A stretch of 56,311 bases of DNA, filler included, from Sluysia triapertura (taxonomy: Eukaryota), in assembly GCA_046118255.1 (NCBI GenBank). It is 4 parts of 4 records of this genome, joined end to end, with 100 filler letters (N's around TTAATTAATTAA, not from the genome) between each part and the next. Parts side by side here need not be neighbours in the genome. Positions count along the whole stretch, not along the records: positions 38,438 to 56,311 come from JBJNIA010184390.1; 3 more parts are not named here. The stretch is one strand, 5' to 3'. Of the stretch, positions 39,346 through 51,720 are shown piece by piece; positions within the stretch are counted from its first letter, which is position 1; the number at the start of each line of letters is the position of its first letter. The notes under the pieces are model-generated. The model was not told the origin of the DNA and ran no database searches. It saw nothing but the letters and a program-made list of their open reading frames with translations. The translations under genes were made by a program, and so were the position numbers.

Positions 39346-40139
39346 TTGCTTTTAGACTAAGAATCGTAAATTGGGATAAACAATATTAAAAGAAGAAATA
39401 TATCTTTTGATTTGAATTGAATATTTCGTGGAGTGCTAATTACAGAAGGCAGGAATCAGTGAATCATTACTAAAGAAGAATTGTTTTTTTACAAAAAATT
39501 ATAGAGTAAGCTATTTATATTAAGTTCAAACAATTATCCAATTGTTTCAAACTCTTACTAAAAATCATTTTATTTTCACACTCAAGTATTAAACTTGAGT
39601 TAAACTCTATCTAAAATCTGTTCGAATTAAACATTAGAAAGGTATTCTAATTGTCAAGTTATTATTATCATATTATTTGAACTGTTATTTATATTTTGTA
39701 CATCTATATTTTGAGTGTCCACTTTTGTATTATTTTGAAAAAATAAAAATTCATAGGATACGATAAGTATCAAATATTTGTTGTTTATTTTATAGGAACC
39801 GTTTGAAAATAATAATAAAAAATATTATTAGCAGTTTATAACAATTAAAAGAAGACCCTCCATCTAAAGTTTAAGGATATCTTTTCGTAGTCTCATTCAT
39901 CAACCAATAATCAAGTCTTCTTTACGAAATAAACCTTGAATTATTGGCGAACCCGATAAGGATTAAAATCATAATTGTTAAAATTAAGGAAAATTTGAAC
40001 TATTTACATAATTTTTTTATATATACATAATTTAATACAAAAATTAAAAATTATTAAAAATTAAATTTACATAAAATTTACATATTTAAATATTTACATA
40101 AGCCAATGAATTAAAGAAAAGAAAAGTTAAAGAATTAAG

Positions 40140-41340
40140 AAAATGAATAAATTATTTTAATAAATTAAAAGCTACATCGAAAATTCGACCTCGTACTATA
40201 TTTAGAATTTTATAAAATTGTAAAGTTATTCAAAGTTACATTTCAAAAAATTGATAAACATGTTGCAATGTACGATTCGGAATCAATCTAGATTGATTCA
40301 ATACATTTAGATTTCAAATCAGGATTTGCATACGTAAATACGTCAGTTCGACATGTAGAACCATTGTTATTTAGTAATTCGATCGCCTACCACGTTGCTC
40401 TGAATGTTTTACACTGTTGGCACGACGAGTCACGCGCAGACTATTTGAAATGTAATAAACCAGATGCCAGAGACACAGATTTTTCACATGGCGATTTAAA
40501 ATGCAAAAGATGTATGATACCAAATATAATTTAATATTATATTTATGTCAGATCTAGATATTATGTTAGTACAGTTCGATGCGACCACTATTTGCAATTT
40601 CGTACTTGACGATCCTATTATTAGTTTAGTCAGATGTATTATGAAGTTTCGTTTATTTTTTAGTGCAATTGTCGGACGTGCTATAAAATTACCCTTTATA
40701 CGAATATACATATTTGCTTATCATCGAACATGACGATTTAAAAAGGAGGAAATGCATGAAAGGAATTATTAATCATACGATTTAATTTGGATAACATATC
40801 GGTTTAAGGAATTATTTATCATACGATTTAATTTGGAGCTATTGCAAGGTAGTTTTCTCTTAATGCAAAATGTGTCTGGAAGTCTCGTTCGACTAATTAG
40901 GCACGGTTTGTATCTTGAAAGAAGACGCCCTAATTAGATTTGAGTTTCAAAAAAAAGATTAACTCGAGTGATAAGACGATGGCGTTATTAGACAGTATTG
41001 CAATAATTTATTCTTAATGTAGGACAATTAATATTTTGTAATAAATGCTCGTTAAATCAGCCTTTTTACGGTCTGGTCAAGTGTTAGTTATTTTTAGCTT
41101 TAAACCAACCTTTTTACGGTCTGGTCAATTGTAATTTATTTTGAACATCAAAAAATGAAAATTTAATTAAAGAATTCATTATTCAGAATAAAAAACATTC
41201 ATAAAACGATTATAACAATAACTAATATTAAAATAATTATAATCAGTTTATCAACTTAAGCTTACTGCTTAGTTGAAATAAAAATTATGATTTTAAAAAA
41301 AATTGACCTAGCCAGTTACGGTCTAGGTATAAATCTTATG
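40140..41340 (+). mobile_element. Second copy of the hairpin-array element region, with a decayed Cys/His-rich ORF
   Basis: Homology to 25570-26135; three hairpins; decayed frame ...LHCWHDESRADYLKCNKPDARDTDFSHGDLKCKRC...CNCRTC. Confidence 0.5.
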
Positions 41341-41359
41341 TTGAATTTGAGTTACTATT

Positions 41360-44300
41360 TTAAATCCCCATTAATTAAATTAGCGATATCATAAAACTTA
41401 TATGTAAAGAAATTACTTCTGCATGGAACGAATAATTTTTTTGAGGAGTTCTTTTAAATCTTCATGTGATATCTTTTGGAACGAATGACCTTTTGCAGAA
41501 TGTTTCTTTCAAATCTTCGTGTGTTATATTGCTAAAGATTGCAATCTTTATACTGTTTTTTTTGTTAAGTCCTCCATGTTGGAATTCATTGATTAGTTTA
41601 AGCAAATATTTTAAAGAGTAAATTAATTTATTTTATTTTATTTTTCGTTAATTTTAAAATTTTAACTATAATAATAATAATATTTAGAATAAAATAAAAA
41701 ATTAAACATTGTTAATAGTCAAATTGTTTATAATAAAAATAAGAATAAAATAAATAAAATTAGTCAAATTGTTTATAATAAAGTTAATTATTAAATAATC
41801 AAATTGTTTGAGAAATAATTACCAATGCCAATAAAACAATTGTCACAATCAAATAAAATAATTGTCAATGTTAAATTCTGCACCATAAACCATTAAATTG
41901 TCAATGTTAAATTCTACCTTTCTGCCTTTACACTTCTACTTTTTTCTATAATTCATTGTTAAAAATTTTTATAACTACTTTAGTAATAAATACTTATTAA
42001 ACCAAAGATGCTTCACCTATTACTAGGAAATTTCCCCAAATTTGTTTCAACGTATTATGTGCTGCTTTCTTAAAATGATCAGATCCGAACAATAATTCAA
42101 AATTTATTTTATCATTTTTTCCCACTATTGCTTTGTCAACTATGTCTGTAAGCCATTATTTATTTCTTGATTTATTTTTCTTCTGTTGAACTTGATTCAG
42201 TATTTGATTCCTCTTCTATTTCGTCATTATTTTCTTTTGATTCAGAATCTATTTTGTCAATTTTCTTTGCCTTAACTTCCCATTTTCAATTATTTCTTTA
42301 ATTCTTTTTTTTTATCTTCATTTGTAATTACTTCTTTTAATTTTTGATTTGTTCGATTCTTTCCTCCATTGGGTGATTTAATATTTTTCGAATTCTAACT
42401 TGAATTGGTTGGATTGTTAATATATTTTCTTCATTTTCTCGTTTTCTTTATCTTTTTGAAATTCTAGATATCTATCATGCATGTAACTCATAAATATTTC
42501 CTTTTGTTTATTATTTATTTTTATCACAATCTAATCCAGTAATATAAAATTAACGAAGCATTGTATTCTTTTCTTCGTCGGTAATTAACTTAAGATATTT
42601 CTTATCTTTATCGCTACGTGTTTCTCCTCTATTCTTATTTCTTTCTCTTTCATATTGATACTCGTCTTCGTCTTCATATTCTTTTCTGTTATTTTTATAA
42701 TCTTTTTGACTTTTATAATTACAATTTACTTGTCCCTTATCATCATTAAACCTTACTTTCCTATTAGGACTTTGAAATTTGGTTATTGCTGGCCCCTTAC
42801 TCTAGTAAAATTTTGAGTAAACACATTTTGTCTTAGTTTTTTGCAATCTCTTGCATAATATCCTTTTTTATTATAGTTGTCACAAATTATTTCTCCATTA
42901 GTTTTAGTCTTATTATTGTTTTCGTATCTCATTTGACTCTTACTTCTGTTCCTATTAAAGTTAGAACTGAATGGCCATATCGGTGCTGGTCATTGCTCAT
43001 AATTATATGCACCATAATTGCTTGTTCTATTATTTTGAAATCCTCTACTTCTATTATTATTATTTCCTCTGTAATTGTTTGAATTATAATTATTTGAGTT
43101 TTTGGGTTATAATTATTATTAAATCTCTTGTAATTACAATTTCGATTATCATAAGAATTATTTTGATTATTGTTATTATTATTGCCATAGTTTAAGGAAT
43201 TATTCATATACCGATTATCATTATCTTTATTCCTTGTAAGTTTTGGTCTTTTGTCTTGTTTATATCTATCACTTATATAATCAGTATTATATCTATCAAC
43301 CTTATAGGACCTTTCTTATTTTCTTAATTATTTCTTTAAAAGATTTACCTATTAATGTAATATATGTCCCTAATTCCGGACTAAAACCCGTTTTCAATTT
43401 GTCTAATAATGTAGCTTCTTTTTTATCTTCAGGGGCTTTTGCTCTGGAAACCAGACTTTTAAGAGAGCAAATTCGTATATTTTCATTTGGCTTTTGCTGC
43501 CTTAAATTCAATTTCTTTGTATAATATTTTGCCATATCATCGAGGGCTATCTCCTCGGTAAAAGCATTTACAAATTCATTTCAAGATTTTTTTCGGCATG
43601 ACTTATTTCCTTGTTTGAATTGATACACCCGTTAAATAATTTTGTATTCGCTGTACTTTCAATATCATTACAGCCGTTGGCTTCAGCTATACTTTCGTAT
43701 TCAAAAAGAAGTCACAGAGGTCTTCCTCTGCTCCATTAAATTTTCTCATTTCTGGTAATAATAATATGGGATGTATTTCTTTTGCAACTTGAGCCTAGTA
43801 TTCCTTGAAATCGTTAGGTAATGCCATGTAGTTTCTTAATTTTCCTCGGTAATCGTCGTATAATACTATTTGTTTATCTATTTTTCTTAAAACTTACATA
43901 CTTAAGGTCTAATCTTTATAAAACTGTTAATAATCAACTTAGGGTAAAATAATTTTGCTCAAACTTATTTTTAATGAAATCGTAATCAAATTATTCTACA
44001 ATTATTCTGAAGCTTTTCAATTATTAATTCTTAATACTAATTTCTCCTTAGATGCTTAAATCTGTTAATTATTCTTCACTATTTATATTTATTCTTGTAT
44101 ATTGCTTTGGATGCTGGTCCTCACTCCGGGTACCAGTTTTTTCTGCTAGTTTTTCTTAACTTAGTCTTATGAATAAAAAATGTTTATAGTGAGTCCACCA
44201 ACGTATCTAGTCTTACCTGTTAGGACTAGGAGGTGGATTTCGTAGGATAATTTATAACTGGAGGTTTTCTTATTATATTATCTTCATTACTTAATTTCGT

Positions 44301-44900
44301 TTAATTGCTTAAGATTTTAGATTTATGTATACTATATTTTACAGCGTTCCAAAAAAATTTATAATTTTCTCAGGTTCAGAATTAAATAGAACCGTATCAA
44401 TCTAACAAAATTTACAATCAAGAACAGCGTTTAAACTCAAAGAAAAGTTTATTAAATAAGTGTTAGTAGATATAGTCAATTAGTTAAGTACAATCGATAA
44501 TAATAAAACAATAAATATAAAATGATACAGAAGTTATAAGATATTCTATCAACGAAAATCTATAATAATAAAATGTTAAAATGGATTTTACTTTGATATC
44601 GTTTTATCTGATAGGAAAAATGCATGAAAAATGATTTTGCGTGTAGTTTACTTGGTAAAATAAATGTTCGCCTAAAAGCTTACTAAAAAATAACTAACGA
44701 TATTTTTAATAAAATTGTTCTGCAAAATTAGATTCTTGTCAAAATTAAGCAAAATATTCTTGATTCTACAGGATCAAATAAAATTACTTTCATTTCAAAA
44801 GTTTTTAGAGAAAATTTATGATCAAAAATTGCCTGAAAGTTCGAAACTCAAACAAAATAAAAAGTAAAAATACGTTTTACATATCTTTAAATTATATTAT
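41360..44900 (-). mobile_element. Second decayed copy of the same gag-bearing Gypsy family
   Basis: PBS TGGTACCCGGAGTGAGGA at 44135-44118; gag relic (LPEMRKFNG..FEYESIAEANG); knuckle relic CDNYNKKGYYARDC at 42884-42843; no RT or integrase motifs seen. Boundaries approximate. Confidence 0.8.
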
Positions 44901-46037
44901 AATTATTAAATTATACTCACTTTTAAGGTTAGATAATAATTCCTCAAATAATAATTTCTTTGAAAATCAAAATTAATTTTTGTTAATCAATAATTATTAA
45001 TAGATTTGTGCATAGTAAATAATAAATAATAATATTTGCAATATATTTTTAGGTACTAACATTACTATTTCTGTGTACAATGATTTTCCATGTGTGCGTT
45101 ATTCGACACTATATTTTTAGGTACATTAATATATACTAATTTAATTTCGGCAGTGTTTGATAATATTATATTAAAAATAATTAGAAATGAAGTATTCGAA
45201 ATATTAAATATTTTAGTATCAGAATTTATAGTATTTTTTTATACATCGTTCGAATGTAAAGGTAACACAAGCTTAATATATGCAAAATTACGTTTATAAT
45301 GCTTGTGTAAACAATATCGTATACAAATGTCACAATCGACGATAATGAGTAAGATATATAGAAAACTAAAATTCATTTCTTAGACTTGTTCTAAGAACTC
45401 CGTTGTTCTCCGAAACTCAGCGCTAGTTGTAAGCATCATTTGAAGACTAAGTATCACAGAAATTAAAAAATGAGTTTTATGTGATAATAGCAAATAATAA
45501 GAGATAATAAATACAGTATAAATTCGAATGGAATCCAAAATTTCATGATCTCCGAAAAATTATTATATTTTTAATAATTTGAATAACGCATTAAGATGTT
45601 TACCAAAATATGACATTTACACTATATTTTACATAGAACGCACAGAAAAATTAACTAAATTTGTAGCGTGAAAAATAAAGACAATGACTGCTCAATGACA
45701 ATAACATTATTATAATATTAATAAATATAGAGAAAGTAAGCAATGATAACAACATCAACAACAAAATTAATTTATATGAATGATATTCTTTGTTTAAATT
45801 TTCGTTTATGTTTATTAATTTAAAGGATACAATTTCTTTTTTATTTTCAGATAGCCATGATAGTGACAGAAAACAAAAAAGGATAAAAATGAGTATTAAG
45901 GCGAATGAAAGTGGAAAAAATAGAATAAAAAGATAATAAAAATGACAATAATGTAGTGATAATATCAAATAATAGTAAGAGATAGTAAAAGAATAGCAAC
46001 AATACAATAACGACAATTGTAACAATAATGTAAATAA

Positions 46038-46770
46038 TGCTTAAATCTCTTAATTAGTCTTCACTATTTATATTTATTCTTGTGTTTTACTCCAAATGCT
46101 GGTCCTCATTCTGGGCATCAGTTTATTCTGCTAAGGTTTTTCCTTAACATGTGAATAAAAGAATGTTTATAGTGAGTCCACCAACGTATCTAGTCTTACC
46201 TGTTAGGGCTAGCCGTTGGATTTCGTAGAAGGATAATTTATAACTAATGGAGGTTTTTCTTATAGTCTTGATTTCTTGGAAGTTTATCTTAATAACTTAA
46301 TTTCGTTTATTTTCTTACGACTTCAGATTTATATGCGCTTACTATATTTTGCTGCGGTTCTTTTATTAAATATAACCAGAATTCTTATTTTAATTTATAA
46401 TTTTCTTAGATTCCAAATTAAATAGAAGCGTTAATTAACCTATTATCAATTTATTTTTATTCCTTTTTAAATGCAACCGTATCATTCTGACAAAAGTAAT
46501 TAGAACGCTTTTTTAACTAAATGGAATATTTATTAAATAAACGTTAGAAAGTTCCAACTAATTAATAGAAAATAAAATGATAAATACATTATAATTACAA
46601 ATTTTGTAACCGAAAATCTGTGATAATATAAAGTTTAAAAATGAATTTTACTCAGCTGCCGTTTTATTGGATAGCAAAAAATATATTAAAAATTATTTTG
46701 AGTATAATTTACTTGGCAAGATAAATGCTTGCCTAAAAACTTATTAAGAAATAACTAACGATATTTTTAG
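46038..46770 (-). mobile_element. LTR plus PBS fragment of the same family
   Basis: Direct repeat of 44052-44710 (shared GTGAGTCCACCAACGTATCTAGTCTTACCTGTTAGG); PBS TGATGCCCAGAATGAGGA at 46120-46103. Confidence 0.8.
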
Positions 46771-47168
46771 TTTTAATTAAGTGTCCTTTTTTAAAGAAGT
46801 GAAATTGTCTTGTGGAGTCCTCGTCCATTAAAATTTATAAAAATTTGTAATAACAATTTTTGTTATGAAAAAGTTTTGTATTTTATATTTATACTATGAG
46901 TTTGACCTTAAAGCTTGTTATAAAAATGTCTTCACGTCTAATTTTATTTTCCTTAAATTAATGCATCTCCAATTTCGTTTTCATTTAAATAAGCCCAGGC
47001 ATAATTAATATGACGGTATCCACAATTTACAGCATGTTTAAGTGCTTCACAAACTTCATCAGGCTGAAACTAATTTTTTGAAATCATAATAATACCATCC
47101 ACGTTACTAAACCACTATTAGGTATTTTAGGCTTGTTGCTTAATGTTAATTGCTTTAACATCATTTAA

Positions 47169-47439
47169 CCGTTTGAGTCCGTGGAAGCGCTATCGCGCTT
47201 CATTTGTATGCTAATGCGAAGATGCTGCTGTTGGTGAAAAGGAGTTCATGGAATTTGTTCAGCAAAACATTTTTGTATTAAGTGAAAATAAGTAAAATAT
47301 TTTTTTGATCAAAATTACTTGTTACATAACAATTAGTGTTAATTACAACCATTTTCATTGTTTCCCCCACTCAAAATACTACGCATTTCATCCCGGACTT
47401 TTAGCATATGCATACGAAAAGTCTCCCGTACTCATACGG
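47169..47439. mobile_element. piggyBac-type MITE
   Basis: TTAA|CCGTTTGAGTCCG ... CGTACTCATACGG|TTAA. Confidence 0.85.
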
Positions 47440-48104
47440 TTAAAAATATCTAGAAATTATTAAGAGAAATATAAATAATACTTTTTTTGTTATTTGTCGA
47501 TTTTATCTTATTATTTATGGAAAGTAAATTAAAATGAAAAATATTTTTATTGATTCGTACGTGTGCACTAATCGATGCATAGAAAAATTTTTCTGTGCTG
47601 TTAACAGTTCGTGCAGCAATTTTGTTTGTGACCTTTTATGTCGGTGCACAAAAAGTTTTAATTTCAAAATTGTTCAGTTTAAATTTTTTATTTATTACAT
47701 TTAAACAAGTAAACTTCTGAGTTAAAATTTAAGAATAAATTTTAAAATAACTTTTTATAATTTTGAATTATTTTTAATTATAAATTTCTTAGTTTGATTT
47801 TCTTAAATTCATATTAAATTTCTTAATTTCTTAAATTTCTTAGCCCATTTAATTTGTAATTTGTCTTTATATTTTTTGTAATTATTTAATAATGTATTAA
47901 TTTATATTGCGATCATATTTATTACAAATTAAGTACTCAAATCATTTATTTTTGAGGCAGAAAAAGTTTTCATTTTTTTTTCTTGACTTTTTACAGTAAT
48001 TTGACTTTCATTGGTAAATGTTGTATATGTTTGACACAAAAGGTACTTATTGCTTAGTTATTATTATGGATTTTGTATAAAGTATTATATATTAAGGATA
48101 AATT

Positions 48105-48567
48105 CAGTTTATTACATGAATTTTTATTGTTTCCAAAGGATGAAAACTTCCGTAATGCATTTATAAATTATTGTTGCCCCTTTCTATTATATTCTTGCCT
48201 CTATGTTATTTTTCTATTTACAGAAAAGGGTGATGCGTGGGCTTTTCTTCCTTGGACAGCTAATCTTAAGTAATTCATAATTGTTTTAAGTTTTGCAATT
48301 TTCTATATGTAAGTGGGTGAAATACATCACTCTTAAAATCTATACTGTTGCTCTAGCTGTTTCTCTGTTGATGAATATTTTAATATTTGATACCCACTTG
48401 TTTTGAAAGTATAGTTATTACTTTCTTCCACGCAACACCCTTTTCTGTAAATAGAAAAATAACATAGAGGGAAGAATATAATAGAAAGGGGCAACAATAA
48501 TTTATAAATGCCTGCATTATGGAAGTTTTCATCCTTTGGAAACAATAAAAATTCATGTAATAAACTG
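48105..48567. mobile_element. Tc1/mariner-type MITE with about 135-bp inverted repeats
   Basis: 48105-48240 is a near-perfect reverse complement of 48428-48567; CAGT..ACTG ends, TA on the right flank and TT on the left. Confidence 0.88.
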
Positions 48568-48869
48568 TAATATTCTTGAATTGTATTTGCTCTTATAATA
48601 TCTCAAATATTTTCTGTAATGGGAATTTATAAAATATCAGGTGTCACTTGGAAATTAATAATTGGCTGTTTTCCATTTTTAGCTAAATTCCTATTACATC
48701 ATCATGCTCACGCTCAATTAAATGCTTTAAAAAAGGAGAAAAACAAACTGAAGAAATAGCGTTACAAACAATTGATATTGAACAAACCAACGAAGAAAAA
48801 CAAGTACTATACCAGCGACCTCAAAGAAATTTAGTTTATATGATATGAGCAAATAATAATTATAACAGT

Positions 48870-51720
48870 GGAAAAAGGCCCATGGTAGATATGAGGGTCA
48901 ACGGAACAATGTTGTCTGCACTAGTAGACACAGGAGCAGTATCCTCCTTAATAAGTGAAGCATTATTGACTACTAAGGAACTTGATAATTTAGCTAAAAA
49001 GCATTCATACCTTACAGGAGTAAGTGGAGATGAAATCGAAATATTAGGAGTATTAAAAATACTATGTGAAATTGACCAAAATAAAATGCAGAATTAGAGA
49101 ATGTCCAGAAGACATGATATTAGGCATGGATGTATTTTCACAACTAAAAGGAGTTTCACTTGATTTTAGTAAAGCAAAATTAATGGATACCTATACTGAT
49201 AGACCAATAGATGATGATGTTATACTAAAAGAACCACGACGGCTACTTAGTCGAACTGCATGTATAATAACAGGCACAACAAATAGCCTAAGAAATGGTC
49301 CAATAATGTTTATTGCCTCAAAAAATAATCAAGGAAAATTAAATATAGGAATTGTTGATTCAATTTGTAGAATTTGTGATAAAAACATCAATAAGAATAA
49401 CTATACAGATGAAAACATGCAGGTACAAAATTAGGGGAATTAGTCAACTACAAATTACAATCACAAATTAATTTAATATCTAACGATAAACCAAGAAATA
49501 AGAATATTAAATTACAAAGAAATGTAGAAGACGAGGAAGATTACGAAGAGATACAAATAAAAAATAAGAATTTAACAAAAAAGCAAAAAGAAACGTTATA
49601 CAAAGTTATCTATAGACCTCCTTGGGCGATTGCAAGAAATAAATGCGACATCGGAGATTCAGTAATAATAAAACACGAAATCCCATTGATATAAGACAAA
49701 GTAATTAGAAAGAAACCGTATCTAATGCAATTACGTAATCGACAAGAAATGAAAGATCAAATAAATACTATGAAAAAAATTGGAGCTATTATACCGAGTT
49801 TTTCTCCATTTTAATCACCAGTATTGCTAGTAAAGAAAAAAGATGGAACCATGAGATTTTGTATAGATTTTAGGGAACTAAATAAAATAACGAGAATCGA
49901 TGAAATGTTACATAAATTAGGTAACGCCAAATATTTTACAACTTTAGATCTTCAAAGTGGTTATTGGCAAATAGATATCGCAGAAAAAGACAAACACAAA
50001 ATAGCTTTCTCATGTGGAGTTGAATTATATGAATGCGAAAAAATGGCATTTGGATTAACAGGCGCACCGGTTTCATTTTAAAGATGTATGAATTTTGTAT
50101 TATCTGAATGTAAAAATGTTATGACATAATAATACTTTCAAAAGATTTAGAAGAATACATAGATATTGATAATCTATTAAAAAGATTAGAAGTAACAAGA
50201 TTGAAAATTAAACCTACTACATGCGTATGGGCTGAAGAACAAGTAGAATTTTTAGGTCATATAGTCTCACAGAAAGGCATAAAGCAAAATCCCAAATATA
50301 TAGAAAGAGTCGTAAAGTTTCCACCACCAGATAATGTAAAGGTTCAAAGTTTCCTAGTACTGGCAAACTATTATAGAAGATTTGTAAAAGATTTTGATAA
50401 AATAGCTCGACCTTCAAGAATACTAATACATAAAAGCGTAACATTTAAAACAAACAAAGGCTTTTATCGAATTAAAGAAAACAAATTAACAACTGCTCCA
50501 ATGTTAATGTTTCCAGATCTGAGTAAACCGTTCATATTAACTAGTAATTTCGTCTAAGGAACAAAGAAATCTAGAAGTAATAGCATATGCAAGCAGAAGA
50601 TTGAATAAAGCCGAAATGAATTATTCTACAATCGAAAGAGTGTTTAGCAATAGTATATGCATGTAAATTATTCAGACATTATCTTTTAGGACAAAAAGTA
50701 TACGGATCATAAACCATTAACATATTTATATAACCATAGAGATGAAGTAAGTCGATTAAACATATGGTTTACAAAGTTAGTAGTATATACAAACCAGGAT
50801 CAATGAAAAATGATGCCGATTGTATGTCTCGACTAAAAACACTGATGAACAAGGAAACATGAATTTCATACAAATAATGCCAATCTCAGGAAAAGTGGAA
50901 GAACCAAAGGAAATAATAAAACACCAAAGAGAAGACGAAAAAAATGTTATACGCATTCGAAGCAATCGCTAAAGGATTATTAAATGAAGATCAATCTAAA
51001 AAATTATCAATAACAGATGATATATTGAGTTTTAGAGATTCAGGGGATGAATGGAAAACGATAGTACCAAAATCTTTAATAAAACCATTATTAATACAAT
51101 ATATCGATGGCCAATTAGGTGACACTTATCAACAAGAAAAACACTAACTAGAATTAAAAATATTACTGGGATAATATGGAAACATAAAAAAGTGGTGTAA
51201 AGATTGTGCTATTTGTTGGCATGAATACGGGAGCTAAAACAAAAGTACCACTAAAACCTATGCCTATACCACTTTCACCAATGGAATTCATTGGAATGGA
51301 TAAAATGGGACCATTACCTGAAACAATAAATGGAAAGAAATACATAATAGTATTTGCTAATTACTTTAAAAATGGTCAGAAGCTTATCCAATACCAAAAC
51401 AGAAAGCGGAAACTGTGGCGCAAATTCTAGTAGAAAAAATATATAGATACGGAACTCCAAGGAAATTATTAACAGATCAAGGGACTAATTTTACTAGCGA
51501 TGTAATAAAATCAGTTACAAAAATATGTAACATTTTAGTGGAAAGATTTAACAGTACATTAATAAATATGCTTCAATCGTATGTAAATGAAAGCCAAAAG
51601 GACTGGGATTTATATAGAGCACCATGCTTATTTGAATGTAGGAGTTCAGTGCATCCTGCTACGAATTTTACTCAATGCATGGAAGACATTCAAATATGAC
51701 AGTGGATTCCACCTTCACCT
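48870..51720 (+). mobile_element. Decayed Ty3/Gypsy pol (protease, RT, RNase H, integrase)
   Basis: ALVDTGA; LVKKKDGTMRFCIDFRELN, YFTTLDLQSGYWQI, FGLTGAP, VEFLGHIVS; YASRRLNKAEMNYSTIERE; DKMGPLP, YGTPRKLLTDQGTNFTS, VERFNSTL. Gypsy domain order with many stops and frameshifts. Confidence 0.95.

Noticed and set aside
44052-46770. Direct repeats 2 kb apart read as the two LTRs of one element
   Set aside because: Both copies include the PBS and internal sequence, so they are two 5' ends.
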